Shown piece after piece: positions 9,659 to 18,827 of a stretch of 64,000 bases of DNA. The position numbers were made by a program, and so were the translations under genes. The stretch lies in the IMG/VR virus record IMGVR_UViG_3300043426_000266, positions 1-64,000 of that record, one strand, 5' to 3'. How positions within the stretch are numbered: position 1 is the first letter of the stretch; the number at the start of each line of letters is the position of its first letter. Below the pieces are notes generated by a model, which saw nothing but the letters and a program-made list of their open reading frames with translations, was not told where the DNA came from and made no database searches.

Positions 9659-9685
9659 CCAAACATACCATCAATGCAAAATTCT

Positions 9686-9717
9686 AAAATAAAGAGGGGT
9701 TAGCCCCTCTTTATTTT
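9686..9717. terminator. Terminator
   Basis: 14-bp stem with TTAG loop and T tract. Confidence 0.8.
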
Positions 9718-9739
9718 TTTTTATAATTTAAACAATCGT

Positions 9740-10342
9740 ATGAGTTCAACAGGAGTTACGAGAATGCGTAATCAGAAACCATTTACAAAACAAAGAATCT
9801 TCGATAAAGCCCCAGGGGAAAGTGCAAATCCAGTTAAGCGTGTAAAAAGCTTGATTGAGAAAACACTTCGATCACATTTAGGTAATGGTTGGACATATCT
9901 TAATCAAAGCTATGATGCGGATGGATTATTAAATTCCATTTCAGAAACTCAAATAACCCTTGAACAAACGATTAAAACTAAATCTTATTTTTATTTTAAA
10001 ACCACGACTGGTGTACTGGTTGAATCGATAACTGAATTATTTAAAACATCAGTGATTGGCGAGTCATTTAAAATACATATTTGTGCTAAAGAAGGTATCC
10101 AAACTCGTGCTGGACAACAAAGCTTAGAAAAAACTTATTTTATTGTAAATTTTACAAAAACCGAAACTAACAATTATAAAGTAACTTCGGTATGGGACGC
10201 GCAGCGCTCCCCGGTGAAGTTTGAACCATCGGTTGTATCTAAATTCGTTAAAGAGGTTTTCATCCCTACAAACGAACATAGATTAGATTCAGAAGACCTT
10301 AGACTAATAGCAGACGCTGTGAGATTCTGGCACACATTATAA
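9740..10342 (+). CDS. Hypothetical protein
   Basis: 200-aa ORF; the start may be the second ATG (MRNQK, AGGAG RBS). Confidence 0.7.
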   Translation: MSSTGVTRMRNQKPFTKQRIFDKAPGESANPVKRVKSLIEKTLRSHLGNGWTYLNQSYDADGLLNSISETQITLEQTIKTKSYFYFKTTTGVLVESITELFKTSVIGESFKIHICAKEGIQTRAGQQSLEKTYFIVNFTKTETNNYKVTSVWDAQRSPVKFEPSVVSKFVKEVFIPTNEHRLDSEDLRLIADAVRFWHTL

Positions 10343-10395
10343 TAAAAGGACAAGGGTGTAGGAGACCACTACACCTTAAAAGGGAGTGGCAAAAC

Positions 10396-10680
10396 GTGTA
10401 CACTAAAAATTTAATAACAAATCTTATTATCGATACGTTTGATGCAATGGATAAACCATTACCTTACACAATCGGCTTAGAGCTGGGGCTGAAACAAGGG
10501 GAATATTTCATTGGGTATTTACAAGAATGTGGGTTTATTGTTAAGCCTAGTATTATTGATATCTTGATGGAATTATGTTTTTCTTGGATCACAAGCGATC
10601 ATCTTGACTTTAATTTTATCAGAGAAAAATGTTATAGCGAATTTGTTGCTGGCGCGGTGAAATCTAAAAAATCGAAATAA
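10396..10680 (+). CDS. Hypothetical protein
   Basis: GTG start with GGGAG RBS; followed by a terminator. Confidence 0.55.
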   Translation: MYTKNLITNLIIDTFDAMDKPLPYTIGLELGLKQGEYFIGYLQECGFIVKPSIIDILMELCFSWITSDHLDFNFIREKCYSEFVAGAVKSKKSK

Positions 10681-10684
10681 AAGT

Positions 10685-10706
10685 AGAAGGGGCAATTGCC
10701 CCTTCT
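10685..10706. terminator. Perfect 22-bp palindromic terminator
   Basis: AGAAGGGGCAATTGCCCCTTCT. Confidence 0.8.
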
Positions 10707-10903
10707 CTTTAATATGCATTTGCTTAGTCGTCGGAGACAGCTAATCTAGCGGTACATTTAAACCATATTAATACTGTGAAAAAGAGAATGGGGTGGCCTG
10801 CTGTGCCCCCACCCCATTCTATAAATAAGGAATCACTCTTATGGCAATGATTCCTTCGAGGCTACATGTCAATAACCCATATTAATATATTGCATTTGAG
10901 AAG

Positions 10904-10912
10904 TTTTTATGA
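10904..10912 (+). promoter_or_regulatory. Late-promoter-like TTTTTATGA
   Basis: TATG 27 nt before the 10935 start; the same spacing occurs at several late genes. Confidence 0.6.
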
Positions 10913-10934
10913 CTAGAGAATTAAGGATAAGAAA

Positions 10935-12593
10935 ATGCCACAGTTTATTCTAAGCATTCCAGATGCAGAGGAAACTATTTCCTCATCAATCATTTATGGT
11001 GTGGTAACTCGTATTCTAAGAACTTTAAAGTTCTATAGAAGTGAAGACATCAACATGGTATTTTTGAGTAACTCAAACTCAACCTATGTAAAGGGATCGG
11101 ATATAGATACGCTTAGACAAGACCGTTCTCAGAATCGTCTACCAAATGACGCAAAGATCATGATTGAGGTTGATGAACGTTATAACGAAAACATGTCTCG
11201 TTCTACTGCGATTCGTGAAGGTAGCGAACAAGCAATCTTCAGATGTGACAAAACAAAAACGGTTATGCATCCTGGCTACCAGCAAATGATTTCCACAGTG
11301 AATCTAAGTCTTAAGTTTACAAATCGACATGCGGCAGAATCATTTCGACGTAAAGCGCGCGCTGCAGCAGTACAATCAGTAGACGGGATAAAGATTCAAA
11401 GCAAATATAACTACATCATTCCTTATGCATTTTTAAATGTATTAGAACATATCTATACTTTGATGGAAGCAAAACATGGTTACGGTATAACACTTGGTGA
11501 TTGGATTAGAGCGTCTTTTACCAACACGCTAACAACATTAGCCAATCAATCAGGCGGACAAACTGTACTTGCAATCGCGGAGCAACAGCAGGGTGTGCTG
11601 GTTTTATTTCAGGACTTTGATGATACGCCTAAGAAAGAGAAAGAGGGGGATCAAGATCATTGGTCAGTGGATTTAGGCTTTGAACTTTACTACGATCGTC
11701 CAGATACAATGCGTCTTTCTTTTCAACACATCATCAACAATCAAGTTATCCATCAGGATTATTTAAATCGTTTCAAGGTGCGACAACAAGAATACCTAGA
11801 AGCTAAAACAAACATTGCGTTATACGGTGCTGTTCAAGTAGGCGATCTACCCCCAAGTAAAAATTACTTATCAGGCGCGTCATCGCCAGTATTTGACGAC
11901 TGGTTACCTTCAATCTTTACTCAGTGGTTTCCCGACATTCTTCGAGTGATGCTTTTGGTGGATGAAGTTGATGTTCGTAACGTCATCAATTTAGAAGATA
12001 TCGCTGATTGGGAATTCGGAACAGCAACGCTGAATTGGTTAAAAGCAACTTATTCAACCATCGGTAAGAAATGGTTTAATATTTTTTATATCCAATTATG
12101 GGAATGGGATGTAAAACGAAGTAGTGATTTAATTACGATGGATGCTGATTTAAATATTCGTTTCTCAGAAGACTTGGATCCCCGTAAGAATTATCACTTA
12201 ACTATTGGTATCTGCGTTAACCCAACGTTACTTGATCAAAGTGTATGGGATTTACTTCAAGAGCACCCCGACTTTCTACAAGAGTATTTGGATATTATTA
12301 GTCCAGACTTAAAAGGTTGGACGTATAATCAGATCATCAACTATTGGCAGAACTGGGGTTCAACTGAATTAACCCCTTGGGATCCAGGGAACCCATTCGG
12401 CTACAACCCAGGGGATCCAGGGAACCCAGGCGGCTACAACCCAGGGTGGGGTACCTCTATCCCTCCAAGAGTCATTTCTGATTTACAAGAGTACTTAGAT
12501 GAATGGTATCGAATTCATGGGTTAAAGAAAATGACAATGAAAACAGTAATGTTCTCTGATGTACACGCGAAGAAAATAAATAGGAGAGTTTAA
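10935..12593 (+). CDS. Virion structural protein (first of a four-gene phiKZ-like baseplate cluster)
   Basis: Tightly coupled operon 10935-16038, late motif upstream, recalled phiKZ gp98-101 synteny. Confidence 0.55.
   Translation: MPQFILSIPDAEETISSSIIYGVVTRILRTLKFYRSEDINMVFLSNSNSTYVKGSDIDTLRQDRSQNRLPNDAKIMIEVDERYNENMSRSTAIREGSEQAIFRCDKTKTVMHPGYQQMISTVNLSLKFTNRHAAESFRRKARAAAVQSVDGIKIQSKYNYIIPYAFLNVLEHIYTLMEAKHGYGITLGDWIRASFTNTLTTLANQSGGQTVLAIAEQQQGVLVLFQDFDDTPKKEKEGDQDHWSVDLGFELYYDRPDTMRLSFQHIINNQVIHQDYLNRFKVRQQEYLEAKTNIALYGAVQVGDLPPSKNYLSGASSPVFDDWLPSIFTQWFPDILRVMLLVDEVDVRNVINLEDIADWEFGTATLNWLKATYSTIGKKWFNIFYIQLWEWDVKRSSDLITMDADLNIRFSEDLDPRKNYHLTIGICVNPTLLDQSVWDLLQEHPDFLQEYLDIISPDLKGWTYNQIINYWQNWGSTELTPWDPGNPFGYNPGDPGNPGGYNPGWGTSIPPRVISDLQEYLDEWYRIHGLKKMTMKTVMFSDVHAKKINRRV
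12379..12444 (+). repeat. Tandem 33-bp duplication (DPGNP.GYNPG x2)
   Basis: GGGATCCAGGGAACCCA(TT/GG)CGGCTACAACCCAG twice, 2 mismatches. Confidence 0.9.
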
Positions 12594-14096
12594 ATGCCAG
12601 GTTTTGAGTATCCACAGTTGGTGGTTGAACCACCTGCTGTAACCGTTGCGGTTTCTGATAAAGAATATAAACACAGTATTGTAGACACTAAAGAGACTCC
12701 ATTAAATTCCCTAGTAACGCATATCGAAGGTTCTAGTCGTATCGTTGATTACTATTCTCAAGTTTTATCATCAGGGGAAGAGCCACAGACCTACAGTACG
12801 GATTTGTTACCTCATCTTCAGCAATACAAACTTATTAAAGACTTAGAAATTAAACAACAAAACTTTGATTATGATTTTGATTCTGAAATGAATCAAGTCA
12901 ATGGTCAAGGAACTGCAATCATTTACCCACCATTAATGCCAAATATGGGTGATGTGTTTATCGCTGATATTGGTAATGGTAAAGCGGGAATGTTTAACGT
13001 TGTAGATACACCAAAAAAATTATCCATCTTTAAACAAGCGTGTTATGAAATTAATTTTACACTATTGTTTTTGATAGAGACTCAAGGTCAAGTTGATTTA
13101 ATTAGTACTAAAGTTGTTGAGACTTATAACTTCGTTAAAGACTTCATCCTCTATGGGCAGAATCCAATTCTTGTAAATTCTGAATTTAATTTACTTAATG
13201 ATTCTGATCGTATTTTGGCAGAAAGCATAGAGGATTTTATTTCAGAATTTTACTCTCGAGAATTAACAACATTAGTTCCACCTGGTTATACTAAACCAAC
13301 ATATGACCCATTTGCAGTAAAAGCTTTTGTTGAAGTAGTAGAAACTTCGACAAATCTAAGAGCGGGTCAGATTAAATTAAAGAATACGGATGAGCTTAAA
13401 CTCTTTTGGCATGACTCTATCTGGAATGCTTTAATTAACCCATCTCTTAATCAAAATCGATTAATGTGGACAAGAGCCTCCCCGATTAATGTAACTGCGT
13501 ATAACATGCATCCTAGAATCAACTCAATTCGCTTTTCAGGTTTTGATATGGTTTTACGCCCTTTGGATAAGTTAAATAATGTAGACACGTATTACAAGCT
13601 TAATGAGGGTGGTCAGAGTGGTTATTATGGCTGGTATGCTGGAGCGGTAAATCCAATTACTGCAAGCGGAACTTCTGGTTCGGGTGGTCGCAGTTTGGGT
13701 CGTGCTTGTTGGTGTCGTGTACAGAACTATTATCACGCACATCATTTACATCTGCATCCATGGGATCCGATGAATCATTTAGCACATATCGAGCAATATC
13801 AGCACACATGTCACGACCCAGATTGCCCATGCGTATGCCATACACCATTACCGACTGATCCAGATACTGTTACGAATGAAAATAGTTACATCTTTACGCC
13901 AGAATTTTGGTCGGGAGTAATTTCAAGCACAAATGGTTTTGAACAAGTCGTTAAAAAACATTTAGCAATGGAGAAGGTTGATGCGGGTATTATCAATCAA
14001 CTGCTACTTCAACGTAATACTTGGACGCCTAAAGAACGTTTCTATCGAATGCTCGTTTTAATTATTATTCTTATCGGTGCAATTAGGAGTATGTGA
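12594..14096 (+). CDS. Virion structural protein with a His/Cys-rich segment
   Basis: Operon position; GDVFIADIG strand motif typical of phage structural beta-barrel proteins. Confidence 0.55.
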   Translation: MPGFEYPQLVVEPPAVTVAVSDKEYKHSIVDTKETPLNSLVTHIEGSSRIVDYYSQVLSSGEEPQTYSTDLLPHLQQYKLIKDLEIKQQNFDYDFDSEMNQVNGQGTAIIYPPLMPNMGDVFIADIGNGKAGMFNVVDTPKKLSIFKQACYEINFTLLFLIETQGQVDLISTKVVETYNFVKDFILYGQNPILVNSEFNLLNDSDRILAESIEDFISEFYSRELTTLVPPGYTKPTYDPFAVKAFVEVVETSTNLRAGQIKLKNTDELKLFWHDSIWNALINPSLNQNRLMWTRASPINVTAYNMHPRINSIRFSGFDMVLRPLDKLNNVDTYYKLNEGGQSGYYGWYAGAVNPITASGTSGSGGRSLGRACWCRVQNYYHAHHLHLHPWDPMNHLAHIEQYQHTCHDPDCPCVCHTPLPTDPDTVTNENSYIFTPEFWSGVISSTNGFEQVVKKHLAMEKVDAGIINQLLLQRNTWTPKERFYRMLVLIIILIGAIRSM

Positions 14097-14680
14097 TGTC
14101 TCTTGAAATCCCTGACCGTCCTGATGATGGTTCTGCTTCTAAAAGGGTATTCCATAAACTGTATCGAATTAAAGCCCCGTACGCGCTTACAATGTCAAAA
14201 GCTGAAGTTGAAATGTATGGTCAACGCGTATCTGGAATAAAGGATCTAGATCGCTACGCCGCAAATCAAATGACAACCGGTCGTTGTACAACCGTGAAAA
14301 TGGCGGAAATTATTAGTAATGGCGGTACGATTATTTTTTGCAATAAGTTTGATGTAAAGGATTGTTACGCTGATCTATATCAACATATTGTAAACTGGGA
14401 ATATCTACTTGCTACCCGTTACAACATCAACTCTCCACCTAAGGAGGATCTTTTAGTTTTAAAAGAATTATTAGATTCTCTTGAAACCTTTAACGGGGTA
14501 TTGGATCGTGATGACCATGGTGTAAACCCGATGGGTAAACTAAGTGTGCTTAATAATCGTAACTTTAATCGTAAAGGTTTCTCTGAACGAGTACGAGTAG
14601 ATCCTAATCACCAGACAAGTGAAATTAAAGTGGTTAATATCGAATCCTGGGAAGACTTAGCAAGAACCAATAGGAGTTAA
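14093..14680 (+). CDS. Conserved hypothetical/structural protein
   Basis: ATGA overlap with the upstream stop. Confidence 0.6.
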   Translation: MMSLEIPDRPDDGSASKRVFHKLYRIKAPYALTMSKAEVEMYGQRVSGIKDLDRYAANQMTTGRCTTVKMAEIISNGGTIIFCNKFDVKDCYADLYQHIVNWEYLLATRYNINSPPKEDLLVLKELLDSLETFNGVLDRDDHGVNPMGKLSVLNNRNFNRKGFSERVRVDPNHQTSEIKVVNIESWEDLARTNRS

Positions 14681-14682
14681 CC

Positions 14683-16038
14683 GTGTTAGATAATATTCCT
14701 TTTCGATACGAAGTCCTAGAGGTAATGAACAAAGGTAAACTTTCTGCGCAGAATTTCATTGAAACCACCATCACTGGAGGAAAGTCTACAGTTAGACCGA
14801 TGGCTGTAATTCAGATGAGTCGGTATCGGGACTATATTGAAAACTTTGCACAACTGTTTACCATCACCATCATTACAACCCTAAAGGAATACGAGGAGCT
14901 TATCCTAGCAGATACCAGTGCATTAAAGATGACGATTCGTCTTTATGAAGTGGGTAAAAACTCTGCAATGGGTTCACAGTACTTTGTAAATCCAATTGAG
15001 TTTACCTATAAGGCAAAGATCATTGATATTGCTTCTGACCAGATAGCTCAAAACAATCCAATGATGAATAACCCTCAGATGGGAACTCTAACCATTAAAC
15101 AATTTTCTTTACAGTTACTTGAGCCTGGGTTTGAGTCTGTGAGTATTAAAACCGTAGGTGGCGGGTTTAGTGATATTAGCGGTGTTGAGCTAATGAAAAT
15201 CCTATTAACACGTTATTCAACAGATGATGAGATTGACGTTGCTACCTCTGTGAAAGGTGTTGATGTTGCGCCTGGTTATAATGAAGATAAAAATGTACAG
15301 ATTGTGCTTGACCACATGACACCGTTGGTTAAAGCAATCACGAAGGTAGACGAAAATTCAGGCGGGACTTATCCAACTGGATTTAGTTATTTTTTACAAA
15401 GTAACCTTTGGTATATTTTTCCACCGTACGATCTTACTTTGTTTGATAAAGCAACTCGAACAATTACGGTAGTGAACCTCCCTAAAGATCGCTTACCAAC
15501 GATTGAAAAAACATATTTCAATAGTGATACAAAATTGATTGTGTTATCTACCAGGGATGCAACTTACATTGACCAGCGAGAAGCCAATACATTTAATGAA
15601 GGATCGTCTATTCGTTTTATGGATGCGAATCGTTTGATGGATGGGTTTGGTGAAATTAAAGATAATAAGTTTATGGTGAATGCTTCTTTAAACATAAACG
15701 AGGTGTCTTTAGATGCGCGTAAGGACGGGGCAAATATTCTCCGTCCAACAACAACTCGTATCACGTCTAACAAGAATACTGAATTAAGTAAACTCGCCAA
15801 AAAGAAAGGTTTCTATATTCAGTTAACTTGGGAGAATTCTGACGATAGTTTATTGTTTCCTGGAATGCCGGCTAAAGTTCTTTACTTAAAGGACAATAAA
15901 CCTGCCTCTGCTACTGGAACACTAATTGAATCAGAAACGATTTGGACTCCAGCAGAGAAGAATTTCAAAGCAACAAAATTGATGCGAACAACCGCATTGA
16001 CTTTCTTTGTTGGTGATGAGAAATATGTAAGTTCGTAA
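14683..16038 (+). CDS. Virion structural protein, possibly baseplate-hub-like
   Basis: GTG start with GGAG RBS; last gene of the cluster; the hub assignment is inference. Confidence 0.5.
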   Translation: MLDNIPFRYEVLEVMNKGKLSAQNFIETTITGGKSTVRPMAVIQMSRYRDYIENFAQLFTITIITTLKEYEELILADTSALKMTIRLYEVGKNSAMGSQYFVNPIEFTYKAKIIDIASDQIAQNNPMMNNPQMGTLTIKQFSLQLLEPGFESVSIKTVGGGFSDISGVELMKILLTRYSTDDEIDVATSVKGVDVAPGYNEDKNVQIVLDHMTPLVKAITKVDENSGGTYPTGFSYFLQSNLWYIFPPYDLTLFDKATRTITVVNLPKDRLPTIEKTYFNSDTKLIVLSTRDATYIDQREANTFNEGSSIRFMDANRLMDGFGEIKDNKFMVNASLNINEVSLDARKDGANILRPTTTRITSNKNTELSKLAKKKGFYIQLTWENSDDSLLFPGMPAKVLYLKDNKPASATGTLIESETIWTPAEKNFKATKLMRTTALTFFVGDEKYVSS

Positions 16039-16041
16039 TAA

Positions 16042-16069
16042 AATAAAGAGGGCTGATGCCCTCTTTATT
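16042..16069. terminator. Terminator
   Basis: AATAAAGAGGGC-TGAT-GCCCTCTTTATT. Confidence 0.8.
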
Positions 16070-16149
16070 CTTTATGTGTAAAATAATTTAAAATACATAA
16101 TTTTGAAAAGGGTTGATTTAAACCAGTTAAGTTGATTCCAAATATTTTC

Positions 16150-16171
16150 AAATACATATTACCTACATGAA
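16150..16171 (+). promoter_or_regulatory. Early-promoter-like motif (variant)
   Basis: AAATACATATTACCTACATGAA. Confidence 0.65.
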
Positions 16172-16222
16172 CAAGGCACAATAGTCTTTTCACTAACTTT
16201 TATTATCAGAGAGTATTTTATC

Positions 16223-16642
16223 ATGGCTAAAACTATTGAATTAAACGGAACGATAATTACCCCTAATGGCGCGTGCTACAGCGCGCGTATGGAAATTGGA
16301 TCAGAAAATACAATGGGGGTGCATTTCAGTACGCACACCATCACCGGGTTGGGCGAACGCGTGCGAGCTACCGAAACCATGTTGGACGTACTGGCCGAGC
16401 AATGGGGTAAGTACAATCCAAACTCCACCGATGTCGGTTATCTACCGACAGCAACTGACGGAACTCCTGTCGGGGGGTTATTTTGGTACGAAGGGTTAGA
16501 AAACAATCCTGATAAATGGACGAGATGCCATTCACTTTATCAGCTGTCAGGGGATATGCGTCCTGAGTTAGCCAAACGGCTAACTAAGAAATATCCAGAC
16601 GGTTGGAAATTTGGATACCATTCCAGCAAAACGTTTGCTTAA
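16223..16642 (+). CDS. Hypothetical early protein with elevated GC
   Basis: 139 aa; about 54% GC hand-counted over 16261-16440. Confidence 0.75.
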   Translation: MAKTIELNGTIITPNGACYSARMEIGSENTMGVHFSTHTITGLGERVRATETMLDVLAEQWGKYNPNSTDVGYLPTATDGTPVGGLFWYEGLENNPDKWTRCHSLYQLSGDMRPELAKRLTKKYPDGWKFGYHSSKTFA

Positions 16643-16757
16643 TCAAGCAAACGTTTTATAAAAAATAATATACTCTTCTATCGGGTGTGTTATTTTTTTT
16701 TTATTTTTATACAGACTTTTCTATTATTAAGAGTTTAATTAATAGGAAATATAAGAT

Positions 16758-17765
16758 ATGGAAACATTAAACACAGGTAAACCGCAGGACCTCTTTAATC
16801 TAGTGGAAACTATTAGCCAACTAAAAGTTCCTAAGTTTAGAACAGAGATGGAAGAAGCTTTAGTCAAAGTTCTTCGTCAGATCACTTCTGAGGAATTTGC
16901 AAAAACAGTTATCTTATTAGGTGGTCGTCAGAGTGAGATTTCTTATCTAACGACATTGTATACCGAATCACAAAAACCAGCGCGTCCGATCGACGACGGT
17001 TTCTGGACATCTTTGAGAAAATCTGGAATCGCAAACAAACAAGCATCCGAACCATTAACTTTAAACACAGAGAGAATAAAAATGTCTCGCACACCAGGTA
17101 AATTCATTGTCATCGAAGGTGGTGACTTTTGTGGTAAAACAACTTTCGCGGCTCAGTTAGAGCGAGTTCTTTTATATCGGGGTCTAAGCCTCAATCAATT
17201 ACGTTTGCCTGGAGGCGATCCACAGGGCGAACAAATCCGTAAAGTATTAGTTGGTACTGAGTTGAATGCGCTCGCAAGAGCTTATCTATTCGCAGCTAAT
17301 CGCAGTCATCTTTCAGACCATGTGCTTAAGCCTTTGTTGAAACTTGGGCAAGGGTTTATTTGTACACGTTGGAAATGGTCATCTAACGTTTACCAGGGTT
17401 ACGATCGTCTTACTAATCAAATCGATCTATTAACTGATGTAGTTAATCCTGATTTGTATATTTTACTTGAATGCACAGATGAAGTAATGAAAATGGGTTT
17501 AGAAGCCAAAAAGAAACTAGGTGACCCGATTACAGGCGATGAAGTCGATTTAATGGATGAGGAAAACACCAAGAATTATTTAGAAATCAAAGAACGTTAT
17601 CAGCACGAGTACGATGTTCATGGTGGAGTTAAATTTAAGTTCATTTATAATGAAGGCCTATCCGTTCCAACTGATAAGGAATTTATCGAGAAGTTTAAAC
17701 CCGCGTTGGATTGGCTGGGGTATTTTGAACATCCTCAGGTGATAGACTTTCCAAATGAAACCTAG
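16758..17765 (+). CDS. tmk: Thymidylate kinase with N-terminal extension
   Basis: FIVIEGGDFCGKTT P-loop, ARAYLFAANR, TRW..SNVYQG, PDLYILL. Confidence 0.85.
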   Translation: METLNTGKPQDLFNLVETISQLKVPKFRTEMEEALVKVLRQITSEEFAKTVILLGGRQSEISYLTTLYTESQKPARPIDDGFWTSLRKSGIANKQASEPLTLNTERIKMSRTPGKFIVIEGGDFCGKTTFAAQLERVLLYRGLSLNQLRLPGGDPQGEQIRKVLVGTELNALARAYLFAANRSHLSDHVLKPLLKLGQGFICTRWKWSSNVYQGYDRLTNQIDLLTDVVNPDLYILLECTDEVMKMGLEAKKKLGDPITGDEVDLMDEENTKNYLEIKERYQHEYDVHGGVKFKFIYNEGLSVPTDKEFIEKFKPALDWLGYFEHPQVIDFPNET

Positions 17766-17867
17766 AACTAAGCCTTGTGGTTATTGTGAGAACTGTTCTA
17801 AGTATGGTGTATTACAAATTCATACACCATGTTTAACCCCTAAACCCAAAAAGAAGAAGAGCAAGTA

Positions 17868-18320
17868 ATGTTAGATTTTGAAAACGAAATACAGATCCAT
17901 GTGAATCGTGATGGTAAACACTATGTTGGAGTAATCAAGGCAGGATACCATAATTGGGCAGAGAGTCTAGGTAGTCTTGAGCCTGGTGCGCGTGATCTCT
18001 GGGTGAGAATCACTGAGACTATTTTTGATGACATTGAAAAGATGAAATCTCAATCCGTCAGTTTTCCTCAGTTTGAAGAAACTGATATTAAATTACATCC
18101 TCTTAAAGATATTCTTACTAAGGATCATAAACTTTGTGGTAAGATGTTAAAATTCCTTGTTAAACAGGACATGTTAACCGGCAATAGTTTTGTGAGTACT
18201 TATAAGGGGTTTGAGGATGATTTTCTCAAAGAGGTCGAACTTAACCTTCGCTTGGTTTGGTCAGCGAAATTAGACTTAGTAGATCGTCGAAATCGTCTAA
18301 CTCATTTCCAAATTAAATAA
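17868..18320 (+). CDS. Hypothetical protein
   Basis: 150-aa ORF ending before a terminator. Confidence 0.7.
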   Translation: MLDFENEIQIHVNRDGKHYVGVIKAGYHNWAESLGSLEPGARDLWVRITETIFDDIEKMKSQSVSFPQFEETDIKLHPLKDILTKDHKLCGKMLKFLVKQDMLTGNSFVSTYKGFEDDFLKEVELNLRLVWSAKLDLVDRRNRLTHFQIK

Positions 18321-18326
18321 ATAATC

Positions 18327-18346
18327 AAGAGCCCCTAGGGGCTCTT
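18327..18346. terminator. Perfect 20-bp palindromic terminator
   Basis: AAGAGCCCCTAGGGGCTCTT. Confidence 0.8.
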
Positions 18347-18392
18347 TTGTTTTATATCGAATTTTTATGACTACAACCCTAGGAGGAATCCA

Positions 18393-18651
18393 ATGCTACC
18401 TGAACTAAGACATCGCATAAAGTTCAGTATAAAGATGAGAATACACTCGTTGCTACAATCGATTCAGTAAATGATGGTGTAATTGAATATACACTTATAG
18501 ATTAAAAAAGGGAGGGGGAATAAATATGTTTTTGATTACTGGAGGGTTAGGTAAGATTGGTACCATTCTTCGATCAAATCTTGAAGAGTTAATTGATGCT
18601 GATCCAACCTCGCTTGGTTATATGGGTGAGTTTACACCGGCTGAGGTTTAA
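18393..18651 (+). pseudogene. Fragmented remnant of the MLP.LR/SLGY paralog family
   Basis: AGGAGG RBS and MLPELRHRI, broken by a frameshift; a second piece (18526-18651) ends DPTSLGYMGEF; late TATG 27 nt upstream. Confidence 0.45.
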
Positions 18652-18664
18652 GTAAAACGTGCAT

Positions 18665-18692
18665 AAACGGTTGGGGCTAACCCCAACCGTTT
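18665..18692 (+). terminator. Hairpin, terminator-like
   Basis: AAACGGTTGGGG-CTAA-CCCCAACCGTTT. Confidence 0.65.
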
Positions 18693-18718
18693 TCTATTAT
18701 TTCAATTGGAGACGAGAT

Positions 18719-18827
18719 ATGTCTAAAATAACCGATTTAACCTCAGATACACTTATAGAGGGTAATGAGTTAGTCTACGTTGTTGATGGTGATGCTGACA
18801 AGAAAGTAACACTTAATCAAGTTAAAG
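18719..18827 (+). repeat. 109-bp direct repeat, copy 1
   Basis: 3 mismatches versus 21445-21553. Confidence 0.95.

Noticed and set aside
16560-16620. LTKKYPDGW resembles the C-terminus of some MazG-like proteins
   Set aside because: The acidic EExxE/ExxD motifs are absent; too short to support a call.
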